Part shown: one piece after another, positions 11,901-24,294 of the stretch
Layout: every line of letters starts with the position of its first letter
Numbering within the stretch: the first letter of the stretch is position 1
Origin: Phaeosaccion multiseriatum
Taxonomy: Eukaryota > Protista > Ochrophyta, other classes
Length of the DNA stretch: 64,000 nucleotides
Reading direction: 5' to 3'
Assembly: GCA_965112735.1 (NCBI GenBank)
Contig: OZ218965.1
Coordinates: 1,860,001 to 1,924,000 of the forward strand
Notes under the pieces: generated by a model
The model's database searches: none
What the model saw: the letters and a program-made list of their open reading frames with translations, nothing else
Told to the model about the DNA's origin: nothing
Made by a program: the position numbers and the translations under genes

Positions 11901-14531
11901 CCCTAGAGTCTATTGGCCACAGCCGAGAGTGATACAAGGAAACGTGGGAGACAGGCGCGGATGGATGGTCAGTCATCGTATCACACAGCACGTCATCTGG
12001 GGCGTAGCTATAAGCGTGTCTCTTGTACTTCCCCTTGCATGGACTGGCCCACTTCCCTTTACACACACACACCTCGAGACTACTGCAGGCCGTTTGAGCG
12101 GTGCAGATGGCGGCCGAATTGTCATGAAAGTCGGTAGACTGTGTGGGGGTTGACGATGCGAGTCAGCAAGAGGCCAGGGGCACAGAGGGGATGTAAGGAG
12201 AGGAGCAAGGCTTGAGGCATGGGCCGTTCAGCGGCGGTGCGACAGAAGTAAGCCACAGAAATAGCCAGTTAGGAGAGCGAACGTGGGCTGAGACGAATAA
12301 AGCACAAAACAGGAGTAAGGTTGGCGCAAGTTGCGATCGAATTGCCTTCAAAGCAAGTCCGCAGACTGGTTCGAGGGGAGCAGGGTGTGTGCTCAAGAGA
12401 AAAGAGGGCGGGTGTGCGAGGTCAGCAGAGGGGCACAGGGGGGAGGTCTGGGGTGTGTACTGCCAGTGGTACGACACAAGTAAGATACGCAATTGGCCAA
12501 GCAGGCCGCAAGAGCGGACTGAGAACTCACGCGACAGGAGCTCTCCCCTGAGCAGGTGGCGGTCGAAGTGTCTTGGAAAATGGCACTCTGTGTGGAGCAG
12601 GCAGGGTGTGTGTTGATGAGAAAAGAGGGCAGAAGACCAGCAGAGCGAGGGGCACAGGGGCACAATATCATCCGCCCGTCCACTTTTGATTCGTCAGGGC
12701 CCAGCAGGTGCACGCAAAGACAGAGGGAGAGGGCCGAGGGTACAAGGCTTGCTCGCAAGGAGGCGAGAAACGCACAGGAGCGAGGAGCGGAAGTGACAAA
12801 CAGAAAGGAGGCCAACACACACAGCGAGGAGACCAACCGAACATCGACATGCAGAGCAAGCATGAGAAAATGGGGTGGGAAGGAGGGGGCGCGAGAAGGT
12901 GGAGAGGCACCGCAACGCCCCGTCCCCGTTCATGCGTGTGTAACGTCAACCCCCTCATACCAAAACCGACTCACCTCGCACCTACCGCTTTCCGTGCAGT
13001 CAACAGCGCAGTTCTTCAGGGTGGGCAGCATTGTGAGGTGGGGACAAGCGAGAGAGAGAGGGGCGGAGTGAGCAGAGTCGACATGATGCATCAGTATGAA
13101 CGCAGCCGAAGGAGGGGGGGGGAGAAGGGGGACCCGACCCTGGCCGACAGCGACGGCGCAGGCTTAGACTGGCACGAAGGTCAGGTAGGTGCTAAAGCTG
13201 TCGCAAAGAATGCAGAACAGCTGCACACTACTATAATGAAAGGCGAATCAAGGCCACACTCAGAACCACTTCTCAGCCCCTGCCTGGCGTGTGAGTCCAA
13301 ACGGCGGATGGAACGAGCGATAGCAAACACTCACCCTGAATGTGGTGCCCTGGGACGTCGAAGAAGCAATGCAGCCATCAGGAAAAAATGCGAAGAGCGT
13401 GGCAGTGAATAGCAGCAGCGTCAGCCGAAGGAGGGTGGCGAGGGAGCCAACCACAGGCCGCCGTGAGGACGAGCAGTAGACAGGGGGCACAGGGGGCACG
13501 TTCGCGGTGTGGCCCAGCCAACCAATCGTTGCGGATGTTTTGGTGAGTCGTGACCGTGGCATGAGGGAAGGCGAGCGGTTTGTGGCAGGGAAGAAGGGAG
13601 GCAGCAAAGCGCAACGCGATCAAGTGGGGCGACGGAATAAAAGTCAGTCATGTGCCCACTTCCTCGAAAGAGAGATTGGTACGGTGAAGGCGTTGACACC
13701 GCCTAGCCCCTCTTCCGAGGAGGCGGACAGCAACTCTAGCCTACACGCAGATAGATGCAGGGGGTACAGGAAGAGTGGCAGGCAACAGGCTGTTGGTGTA
13801 GAGAGAGAGCCTGACTGGCTGTAGTGGCAAAGAGCGCAGGAAGTGCATTGGGCGGGGCGAGTCAAGCACTTGCTTGGTGAGAAGCGCTGGTGAAAGGCGC
13901 AACCGCACCCACCTGGCAGGCCGCGTGTCCCCTACACGGAAGTGGATTGAGGGGGGTCACAGAAGGGCAGGTGCACGTGTCGGAGGATGTGTCGTATGCT
14001 CCACCGCTGAGCCTGCAGATCCCCTCCATGATAATGCCTGTAAGTCATGGTAGGTCCAGGGGAAGGAGGTGAGCAAAAGGCGAGGAGCGGCAAAGGAGAC
14101 AAGAAGCATAAGCGTCCAGCCAATGGGCATGCCGATTACAGAGCAGCAGGGGCACAGGGCTGAGATTGAGTCTGAGGCACACGCTGTCCAGGTGTCTACG
14201 CAACCCGGCCGGGAGGGGCGGAGGCTAGGCAGGCAGCTTAGCTACGGCCGGGGGGTTGAGGCGAAGCTCTGAAGGAGCGACTGGAGCAGCTACTACATGT
14301 GTTATGGAAGGCGATGGCGAGGGTGTCTAGTCTAGCTACTGGACGGCGCGCAGCGGATCACGGCCGCACCAGCCACGCCCCACGCAGCAGCCAGCCCCTT
14401 TGGAACTTACAGGAAAGGTCCCCTGGAGAGAGACATGCGAGAGCTGCGGGTGGTGTTGCTGCGAGGAGGAGGCACAGCACCAGACTGAGGGCCCACCTCC
14501 CGAAGCTGTTCTGCTTCACGGGGGAGAGCAT
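7018..14531 (-). CDS. Secreted Cys-rich repeat protein with thrombospondin type-3 repeats, micro-exon gene (at least 20 exons; 3' end lies beyond the retrotransposon)
   Basis: GT-AG, phase-consistent exons: 14531-14411, 14037-13913, 13349-13335, 13013-12975, 12587-12531, 12138-12073, 11909-11860, 11631-11606, 11327-11291, 10912-10848, 10620-10584, 10417-10349, 10119-10073, 9845-9757, 9226-9212, 8950-8900, 8241-8227, 7981-7943, 7323-7309, 7056-7018. Signal peptide WALSLVLCLLLAATPPAALA; TSP3 motifs DTDGDSVFDPWDNCPDTANPDQQDSNNDGIGDACD and DNCPDVDNPNQEDAEEDGVGDACDNCP; repeats of xxxFx-[ND]CxVxC(x5-9)C. Confidence 0.8.
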
Positions 14532-15521
14532 GGCTGTAGTCTCGCAGACTCTCCAAATGCCCGCTGCGACGAAAGGCAGGCAAGCAAGAAACAGGGGCCA
14601 AGCAGCCATAACAAGCCGTCATGAAGGCTCCGCAACTTGATAAATCTGCCACATCTCTCAACTGAATCAAGCAGAAGCCTGCAGAGCAGTGGATTCGCAC
14701 AGCAGACAGGAGGTTGCGGCGAGACGAAGCAGCCTAAAAATGCGCGAGGAGGAGAGGAGGCAGTCAATCTCAATCGGGGAAGAAAACATTCCGTCGATTC
14801 GGATACACCACTCTCTGCCTGGATACAATCTTAGACCAGCCAAGGTTATTGCTTGGGCAGTCCTTCTCCCCCTTTCTTCCTCACCACACACCCGCCCGTG
14901 CCTCTCCCGGTTTGTCCGCCTCTCCTCAAACGATTTACCTGGCCCTGTTGCCACTGTTGCAGGGAAAGTGCGCTGCATACAGGGAGGGAGGTTGGATGTA
15001 CGCGCCCCCCTGGGCCCGCACCCCCCCGAGCAGCCCCCCCGACAAGATCCGAAAAGTTCTTTTAAATTCTTACTTAAAGTTAAAAGACGGGAAGAGGAAG
15101 AAGAAGAAGAGAAAAGATGAGGAAGCTTTGTTAAAGACTGGCAAGGACCGATGCAATACGAAGCGGCAGCGGTCAATGGACAGCGTGCAGCAATGGTGGG
15201 GTTATCGAGACGCCAGTGGCCGTGGACAAACAGGGAGCAAGCAATGGAGAAGAAAGGGAAGAAGGGCGGCATTTGATCATGCAACCTGAACCTCGAGTTT
15301 CGTATTGGCTGTTGCCTTCGTCCTATTCTGGGTCTGTGACGGCATAAAATCCCCCGCCTCAATTGCGGATTTAGCGGTTTGTGCTCCTGCTGCTGTCGCT
15401 CCTTGTTATTGGAGGCGAGGCTGCCTCTCCCTGCTGAAGTGGGAGCGGGCCATGGAGGCGTGGACCCAGTTTCTCGCCTGCTGTCGGTGGTCTCCGGCGC
15501 CGAGGGGCGGGGAGTTGCAGA

Positions 15522-15700
15522 GCAGCGGCAGCCGGAGCGGCCGGGAGCATTGGGAGGAAAGGGGGTTAGCAAGGCAATGGCAGTCACCACCAGCTGAGCA
15601 ACCTGCACCAAAGCAGCGGCAGCCGGAGCGGGAGCATTGGAGGAAAGGGGGTTAGCAAGGCAATGGCAGTCACTACCAGCTGAGCAAGCAACCTGCACCA
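15522..15700. repeat. Two-copy ~88-bp tandem repeat
   Basis: gcagcggcagccggagcgg...gaggaaagggggttagcaaggcaatggcagtcac...cagctgagcaa...cctgcacca occurs twice. Confidence 0.85.
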
Positions 15701-16270
15701 CGCCGCTCACAAGAGAGCGGAGCAGGGAAGACGGGGAAATATGGCAGCAGCTGCGAAGGATGGATGTTGGGATATCTCCCTCTCTGGAGACTAGCGTGGT
15801 ACTTGCAAGGGTTGTGGGAAAGCGTCTTATTAGCTACACCATGTTAAAGAGGAGGGAAGGGGAGGGAACGGCGATATAGAGATCGATATCCAGTGTCGAC
15901 ATCGATTTATCTCAGCACTGAGTCCGAGCGCCGGGGGTTACGCTTCTCCGAGACCTTCTAAGAAATGATTTCGGCCGCCCGCGAGGTTTGTCTGGCTCCT
16001 GGCTTGCTTCTTCGAATGATTCTAAAGACCTTACAGTTGTAGCTGTGAGAGAAAGGGGAAAGACACCAAAAAAAAGGGGGTTCCAATCGACCCCTGACAC
16101 GCTATCGCCCACGTTCTCGATAGCGCGCCGGCTGGCGCCGGCGTCGGTCCCTGACATGGTTCTGAGACAGGCCAGCCCAGAAGCAGGAAGCAGCCTTGGC
16201 CCTCATCATTGCCTTGCTTTCCCCCAGAACCTGGAACCTGCCTTCGGCCCCTGACAAGGTTCTGAGGCGA

Positions 16271-16365
16271 CCCTGGCCAGAACCTGGAACCTGGCCGGCT
16301 GACCCTGGCCAGAACCTGGAACCTGGCCGGCTGACGCCGGCCAGAACCTGGAACCCAGGTTCTAC
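16271..16365. repeat. Minisatellite, ~31-bp unit, ~3 copies
   Basis: cctggccagaacctggaacctggccggctga repeated; a related copy at ~16225. Confidence 0.85.
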
Positions 16366-16518
16366 CAGGTGCAGGGGGACCTTATCATTGCCTTATTACA
16401 TGGCCTTTTCTCTATTGCTTTAGGCAAGGGTACTTACGAAAACGAGTCGTTACTGTGATTTCGCGGTTGAGTGGCACTTTTACAACGCCAAATGACGATT
16501 TTTTTGACGACGTTTGAC

Positions 16519-17033
16519 GACGTTTGACGACGCTTTCGGCCCTGGAAGAGGTTATCAGATTACTGATTACGGCCGGCGCAGCCGGCCTGATTACTGATTA
16601 CTGTCGGCGCCAGCCGGCCTGATTACTGATTATGGCGCCAGCCGGGCCTGATTACTGATTATGGCCGGCGCCAGCCGGGTCTGATTACTGATTATGACCG
16701 GCGCCAGCCGGCCTGATTACTGATTATGACGGACGCTAGCCGGCCTGATTACTGATTATTGGCGCCAGCCGGCCTGATCACTGATTATGGTCGGCGAATA
16801 CTGTAACCTCTTCCAGGGCCGAGACGCTTTAGCCCCCTATTTGACGCCCTTGACGCCTTTTGACGCCCTTTGACGCCCTTTGACGCACTTTGACGCCCTT
16901 TTATCTTAATTCGCCTTAATTTCGTCTAAAAAAAATCACGTAAAAAAAAAATCACGGAAAAGGGCGTAAAAGGGCGTCAAAAGGCGTCAAAGGGCGTCAA
17001 ATAGGGGGCTAAAATAAAGCGTCGTCAAACGTC
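16519..17033. mobile_element. Foldback-like element with inverted arms of (TTTGACGCCC)n, left arm interrupted by the MITE
   Basis: Left arm gacgtttgacgacgcttt|agccccctatttgacgccc... is the reverse complement of ...gggcgtcaaatagggggctaaaataaagcgtcgtcaaacgtc (ends 17033). Confidence 0.65.
16536..16822. mobile_element. MITE-like insertion: 19-bp perfect TIRs, 7-bp TSD, internal minisatellite
   Basis: TCGGCCCTGGAAGAGGTTA (16536-16554) and TAACCTCTTCCAGGGCCGA (16804-16822); flanking direct repeat GACGCTT (16529-16535, 16823-16829); interior is 7 full plus 1 partial copies of gattactgattat..ggcgccagccggcct. Confidence 0.8.
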
Positions 17034-17206
17034 CCCAACTGTGAAGTTTCATGAATCACCAACTTTGCTGAGGGGCCAGCTGTGGGACGATAATAAACCC
17101 AACCCCAAACGGAATTAGAGAAGCAGAAAGAGGCGCAGGGGAAGGGAGGGGAGGGGGGGAGAGACTGCGAGAGAGGTGCACGAAGGATCTATTGCTTTCC
17201 AACGCC

Positions 17207-20200
17207 ATGATACACTTCCCCTCCGACGAGGCTTGCACGCATCTCAGCGCCGCTGCTGCCGATGGTTCTTCCGCTAGCTTCAAGGGAAGTGTGGCCCTTG
17301 CCGTCTTCGTGGGGAGCCAAGCTGGCCACCTCGTGAAAGCAATATGTGCGCCGGAAGGTAATGGTACTGAGAGGAGATAAAGGAAAATATTCAGACTCTT
17401 TCGTGTCCTTAACCTTAACCATTATCCGTAACCCCTCCCTCCCTAATCCTCAGACGTCGAGCCCGTCAACGCTTTCCTCGCTAGTGGTGGCGACACGGAG
17501 GGCGGTGTCCTGCTCCCTTCTCCCATCTCTCACAGCCCGCACGAGGACGGTGGCGACGCCTGCGTTTACGCCGTCCTTGCCCCCTCCTTGCTCACGCGCA
17601 CCGCGGACAAGAGCTCAGAGGCGGCCATCTTTGTGTCTTCCTTGGCTGCGGGGTCGGTGATCGTCTTCTGCGGAGACGGGAGTCCCAGCCGTGATCAGCT
17701 GCCGTGCTTCGCTTCCCTGGAGGTCCGTTTGTAACATGCACAGCAGCAAGTGCCAAAAGCGAGGCGGAAGGGGACAGAAACGTAGGGGTTTCTCACTCAC
17801 CCACTCCTCGACTATGCTCTCTCAATCCGCTCAGGCCATCTCTGAACTCATCAGCCCCCCCCCTGCCGGAGCGGAGGCCACCTCTTCAGCTGCGCCAGGC
17901 CAGGCAGGCAATGCGACCGCCGCCTCGCAGCTCCCCCCTCTGCTGTGGGTCTTCCCTTCTCTGTTCCAGGGGGAGGAGAGTGCCCAAGGAGGAGGGGCGG
18001 GGAAGGGAAAGGGTAAGGCAAAGACAAAGGCCAAGAAACCCAAGAGCGGCAGGTACGCAGGATAAGTGGGGAGAACAGGGATACAAGTAGGCAGGGTTGC
18101 TGTGGGTGTGATAGAAGGGTGAGGCGACGCGATCATTGACGGAGGTACCGGCGTCTGCAGTCGCGCAAAAGGGTAGTGGAGGGGACAGCGTATGGAAGGC
18201 CTTCGAAAGGGAGGGAGGCATCCTCTCTCTCTCTGTCTCTCTCTCGTGTGGATGGACTGATGGCAGATCCCTTCTCCTTTTTCTACTTTGCCTCACCCGT
18301 ATGCGCTGAGAAGGCAGCTGATGGACTCTGTGCTGCAGCACGAGACAGCCCTAGAGGTGGACGATGCCCTGGAGAGCCGTGAGCATGCTCGGGCTGTGCT
18401 GGCGAGTTTGGTGAGTGCTTGCCTTGCATGGGTCCTTACGTGGGTGCGTGGGTGGGGGGATACATACGTACGTAAGTGCTTGCATGGGTGGGTGTGTGAG
18501 TGCATGGGTGGGTGGGTAAGTGAGTATGCGAGTGAGTGAGTGAGGTGGTGAGTGTGCGAGTGAGTGAGTGAGCGTGTGAGCAGTGAGTGAGGTAGTGAGT
18601 GTGCGAGTGAGTGAGTGAGCGTGTGAGTGTGTGAGTGTGTGAGTGATGAGTGCGTGCGTGGGGTGGGAAGCTGTAGTGAGTCAATGGCTGTGTGGGACTG
18701 AGGGAGGAAATTATGTCAGAGGGGGACGGGAAGGATTGAGAACCAATTGTGGGTGAGCGAGTCCGTCATATGTGAGTCATAGGAGCCAAAGGTCTACCCT
18801 ACCCCGCCCTCCCTCTCCCCCTCTGTATACACACGCAAACACACTCACTCCCTCCCTCCCTCACTCCCTCCCTCCCTCCCTCACTCACTCACTCACTCAC
18901 TCTCTTCCTCTCCTTCAGATGAAGCGCCGCGACGCCCTGGCCCTGACCACATCTACTGACAGCCCCCTGCAGTGGACGGCGGAGTCCCTCTCATCAACCG
19001 AAGTGAGCGCCTCTCTGACCAAGCTCAAGGACAAGGTCCACGCCACTGCTGCGCCCCTCACCTTCAGCGGCAAGATGTGCACAGGAGGCATGCTTGCCGC
19101 CTACCTGCGGGCCTGCGCGATGGGGCTCAAGGGCGGGGGGAAGGTGAGCTGCCTCTCTCTCTCTCCCTCTCTCTCTCTCTCCTCTTGTCTGCTGCTCTCT
19201 CTCTCTCCCTCTTTCTCTCTCTCCTCTTGTCTCCTTCTCTCCCTCTCTCCATCTCTCTCTCTCTCCCCTCTCTCTCTTCTGTCTCCCGCTCTCTCTCTTG
19301 TCTCCTTCTCTCCCTCTCTCCATCTCTCTCTCCCGCTCTCTCTTCTGTCTCCTGCTCTCTCTTCTGTCTCCCGCTCTCTCTCTCTCCCTCTCTCTCTCCT
19401 CTCTCACCCTCTCTCCATCTCTCCCTCTCTTTGCGCGTCTCTCTCTCTCCGTCTCTTGTCCCCGCTTGCCCCTCCTGACCCGGGCACCATGCAGCTCCCT
19501 GTGTTGGCTGCCCAGGCATGCTCTCTCGAGGCCCACTTCGCCAGCGCCTTGTCCTTCAGCAAGGCCCTCCTGCGAAGGCTGCTCGAGGAAAGGATCAGAG
19601 CACCAGCGGGGATAAGGACCGGCACCACAGGCACCGCTGCTGCAGAGGAAGGTGATGACTCCTCCGCCATGACGGCAACAACAGCGACAACGGCCTCTCG
19701 TAGCGACCCAAGCGACGGCACGGAAGGCACCGGAGGAGGAGACATCGTCGTGGTGCTGCCGGTGGACACGCTTCGTTTAGAGGCCGCCCTTGCATTGTGC
19801 GTGGGAGAGGCGGAGGGGGCGTTTCTCGAGGCTTGTCAGAGCGTAGTCAGCAGCAGCGGCGGCAGCGGAGGGGGGGAAGGAGGAGGGGATGACAGTGGAC
19901 GGGATGGCAGTGGACTGGACGTGGGGCGGATCAAGGCGGAGGCTCTGACGGCCCTGACAGAAGCCGCCGCTCCCGTGGTGCAACTCAAGCGCGCGGAGAA
20001 CTCGGCGGCCACCACCGCTCTGTGCCAAGCCGCTCTCGCCAAGTGCGTGCCGGCCTTCCTGTCTGCGTTAGAGACGACGTGGGCCCAGGCCAGCACCAGC
20101 ACCAACACCAACAGCAGCAACAGTAACAGCGGCGAATACGACAAGGGCAGCGAAGGAAGTGAACGTAGCAGCACGGGTGGTGGAGGAGGCGAGGAGAGCG

Positions 20201-20715
20201 AGGCAGGTGACGGGGGGCGGGGCTTAGACCTGTGGGCAGAGCGCTACCTCGCGGCCATCCGATCTCTCTCCACGGCGTACTCAGCCGCGACGGGGGGCGT
20301 GGGGAGGGCAAGGTGGGAGGTGCTCGGGGAATACCTGGCGGGCGAGGCGAGGGAATTGTTTGAGTCAAGGGTGGTGCAGGGTATCCAAGGCGGTCGGGCG
20401 GCGAGAGAAGCGCTGGCGGGGAGGGCGGCGGCAATGGAGGAGAGGAGGAAGGAGGTGGACAAGGTCAGGAAGGAGAGGGAGGAGGATGTGCAGAGGCAGA
20501 AGGAGGAGCTCGAAGCTGAGGCACAGGCACAGGTGAGTAGAGCGGGGAGGAGGAGGAGGAGGAGGAGGAGGAGACCCAACGAATTTTTTCGGTCCTCTCT
20601 TCTCAGCGTCTCTGTCTCTCACGCTCTCCTCCCCCAACCCCCTTCGCCCCACCCTCTCCATATCTCCTCCCTCTCTCTCTCTCTCCCTCTATGTCTCTGG
20701 CTCTCTCTCTCTCTT

Positions 20716-20759
<44 letters not shown>

Positions 20760-20786
20760 TCTCTCTCTCTCTCTGTCTCTCTCTTT

Positions 20787-20820
<34 letters not shown>

Positions 20821-22493
20821 TTCTCCCTCTCTCTCTCGTTACCTTCCTGCTGCCCCGCACATGCTGCCCCGCATATGCTGCGGTTGATGCACCAACGGCT
20901 CTTCACATCAGACGGAGGCCTCAGAGCACGAGCGGCAAGAAGCTCTCGCCCAAGAGGCACTGCTGCTCAGCGACATTGCCAAGGTCAGGGCCTCTGCCGA
21001 AAGACATGTCAAGCACATCGCAGGGGAGGCGGAGACAGCGTCAGGCAACACCGAGAAGCAGATGAAGGAGGTGATGTGCCGCAGGAGGGGGCAAGAGGGA
21101 GGGGAAGGGGAAGAAGGGGAAGAAGGGCATGAGGAGGATGGGGGAGGGGTGGAGAGGGGATCTCCACGGAGTTGTGCATGCCGCTGCTGGATGGGCATGG
21201 GTGAGCATGGGTAGCATGCGGGTAGAGAGCGAGAGAGTTTGTGGAAGCGTGTGTAAAGTCAAAGCCCTGCTCATTAGCTTCACTCGTGCCACCCCGTCCT
21301 CTCTCTCTCTCTCTCTGTGTGCGTGTGTGTGTATCCGTCTGTGTCGGCCGATTGGCCCCCCACAGCTCGAGTCCGTTCAGCAGCACATGCTAGAGGCGTA
21401 TGGGCAGGTGCACGCCAACGCGGAAGCTCTCGCTGCGGAGCTCCAAGCTACCAAGAAGGCAGCAGATGCAGCCAAGCAGGAGGAGGCAAGGAGGGAGGCG
21501 CAGGCTTTGGAGGCAGAGAAGCGGCGTCTGTCAGACCAGGTGGGCGGGGGGGGGGGGGGAGAGGGACGATGATCGCACAAGAGGGACGAAGGGGACGAAG
21601 GGGAAGGAGGGGTGAGGATGGCAGCAGTAGGGATGGCCGAGACCCCTCTCCACACCCTCTTCTCTCTTTCTCACTCCCCCAACATACACACACACTCACT
21701 TTATCCTCTATTTTTGTCGCGTCCGCCCCCCCCCCCCCCCCGGCCCTCTCCCTCTCCCTCTCCTTTTCCCTCCCTCTCCTTCTGTCTCATTCTGCCCCTC
21801 TGTCGCAGGTGGGGTGGATGATTGACCAAGGCTCTGTCGTAACGGCTTCAAACAACATCAGAGTGCGTCGCCAGGTGAGAGAACAGGCCGTACAACCACA
21901 TCGCACAGCACATGAGAGGCCATCGATGTGTCACAGAGCGTCCGAAAGCCCCTCTTGCTGTCATAAATGTATTCCTTCAGAGAGTCTCCAGCGATGAGCG
22001 ATGCCCCCCCCTCCTCCTAACCTCCGTACTTTCTTCCCTCCTCCTCCTCCTCCTCCTCCTCCTCCTCCTCCTCCTCCTCCTCCTCCTCCTCCTCCTCCTC
22101 CAGAGCTCCTTCTCGTCCGCAGGGCTGAGGGTGGAAGTATCAGGGCTGAGCGGCGAGGCCCCCCGGGAGAAGATGCGAGGGGTGGTGTCAGGACTCACGG
22201 ACTCACTGCTTGATGGCGTTTCGGAGTCCGCAGAGAGGCAGGCCCTGAGGGATAGGGTGGCCCGGAGGATGAATCCGTACAGTAAGAACAAGTTCATTGA
22301 CCTCGTGTATAGAGAGGCAGACAGAGGCAGGGACGCCAGGAGGGAGACCGAGGAGACTCAGAAGGCTAAGGCTAAGGAGACCGAGCATACAACGGCAATG
22401 GCACCGATGGAGACGAGGACAGAGGCAAGCGAGGGACAGACGGAGAGGGAGGCCAAGACCGGTACAAGCGGCAGCGATGCAGTGGTGCAATAA
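17207..22493 (+). CDS. Guanylate-binding protein (GBP)/atlastin-like protein with degenerate GTPase motifs and a C-terminal coiled coil (multi-exon; boundaries approximate)
   Basis: Exon translations SVALAVFVGSQAGHLVKAI, DTEG, AAIFVSSLAAGSVIVF, LPPLLWVF and APLTFSGKMCTGGMLAAYLRAC appear in the order of GBP-family motifs; E/K/A/R-rich helical tail; stop at 22491-22493. Confidence 0.6.
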
Positions 22494-22784
22494 GTGGTGT
22501 GGGAGGGCACTTGCTATGGTGTGTCTCTCTCTCACTTGGACTTTGCCTCCGTTTTTGTACCCCACTCGCACTCGCACGCACACAGATACACACACATACG
22601 CACAGTTTCGGTTTCTTAGATATCTCCTGTAAGTCAATAAACACTCCCCGGTCGTGTGAGGGAGATGAAAGAATACAAGTGCATGCGACAAAACTTCATA
22701 ACAGGATAAAAGTGAACGTGAGGGCGTGCCTGCGCATGAATGCGCTTGATGGGGAGGGAGGGAGGGAGGTAGGGTGCTCATGAA

Positions 22785-23039
<255 letters not shown>

Positions 23040-23674
23040 GGAGGGAGGGAGGAAAGGGGGGTGCACGTGACTCTCGAAGGAAGCGGAGATGGCAGTGGAT
23101 GGTGCAGTGGTGCAGTGGTGCAGGGGTGCAGGGGTGCAGTTGCATCTGAGCTTGTTGTTTGTCTGTGTTCCGCGGTTCTCTCGTATGGAATCAGGCTGCT
23201 GGTGCTGCTGGAGCTGGTGGTGCTGCTGCTACCGAACATGCCCCTTCCCCTTCAACACATGCATAATTAGCTTGTTAAGCATGTTCCCTACTTTCGAGGA
23301 GACAGAGAGAAGCAAACCAACTTACTTCTTGGGTCCTTCATCGAGCAACGGCAAGTGTGTTCGGGCGGGCGCCAAGTCCCAACAACAACAACAACAATAA
23401 TAACAAGAAGCTGCTGTGTACGAATGTGTATATATATACAGATGCACACCCTCTGTTCACCTGACCGCTGCTACAGCTCAGCACTGCCCTCCATCCACTG
23501 CCATCTACCTGCCATCCACTGCCATCCCCTCGCACTAGCTCACTATGTCCTACTGCCAACCTCCCCCCACCTCCCCCACTACCCACTAAGCCTCCCTCCT
23601 TCTGCTACAACTCAGCACTGCCCTCCATCCACTGCCATCTACCTGCCACCCACTGCCATCCCCTCGCCTCCCCC

Positions 23675-24253
23675 CTACGCCTCCTGCTGCTGCAGCTTGC
23701 CGACTGCCCAGTTGAGATGTGCCCTGAACTGCCTCGCCGCGGGGAAGGGCATATCCCTTGGCACACCCACCCGATCTCTCAAGTACTCCGCACACGCAGA
23801 GAGGGCCTGCGCAGAGCCGGGTTGGGCAGCGGCCGCTGTGGAGAGGTAAGAGTCTCCGGCCGCCGTGGAGCCTGAGTACGTGGGCAGGGCAGAGGCATAC
23901 GGGCAGGGCAGGGCAGGGCAGGGCAGGAGTCACCGCACCAAGGAGGGAGGAAGGGATTGAGAAGGGGAGGGAGGAAGGGATTGAGAATGAGAGGGAGGGA
24001 GGGAGGGAGGGAGGGAGGGAGGGAGGGAGGGAGGGCGAGGGAGAGGGTGAGATGGAGGCATATGGGAAAGAACGACATCCGACCCTACAACCCGACAGAA
24101 CCGATCGGCCTTCCTTCCATCCGCTGCCATCCCCTGCCCATCGCCTCGCATGTCCCCTCCAAACGCACCCTCCTACTCCTCCTGCCCCCCTCCCCTCCTG
24201 CTCCTTCTTTCCCCTCACCCCCCCCCAAACGCGCCCATCCCCTCCAGCGACAC

Positions 24254-24294
<41 letters not shown>

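Noticed and set aside
16555-16800. Regularly spaced repeats resembling a CRISPR array
   Set aside because: No unique spacers, no cas genes and a eukaryotic context; it is a minisatellite inside TIRs.
17409-17450. Telomere-like TAACC/CCCTAA motifs
   Set aside because: Few, degenerate and intronic.
18772-21132. 786-aa ORF as a single CDS
   Set aside because: It reads through (CT)n introns giving SLSLSL tracts; only parts are exons of the GBP-like gene.
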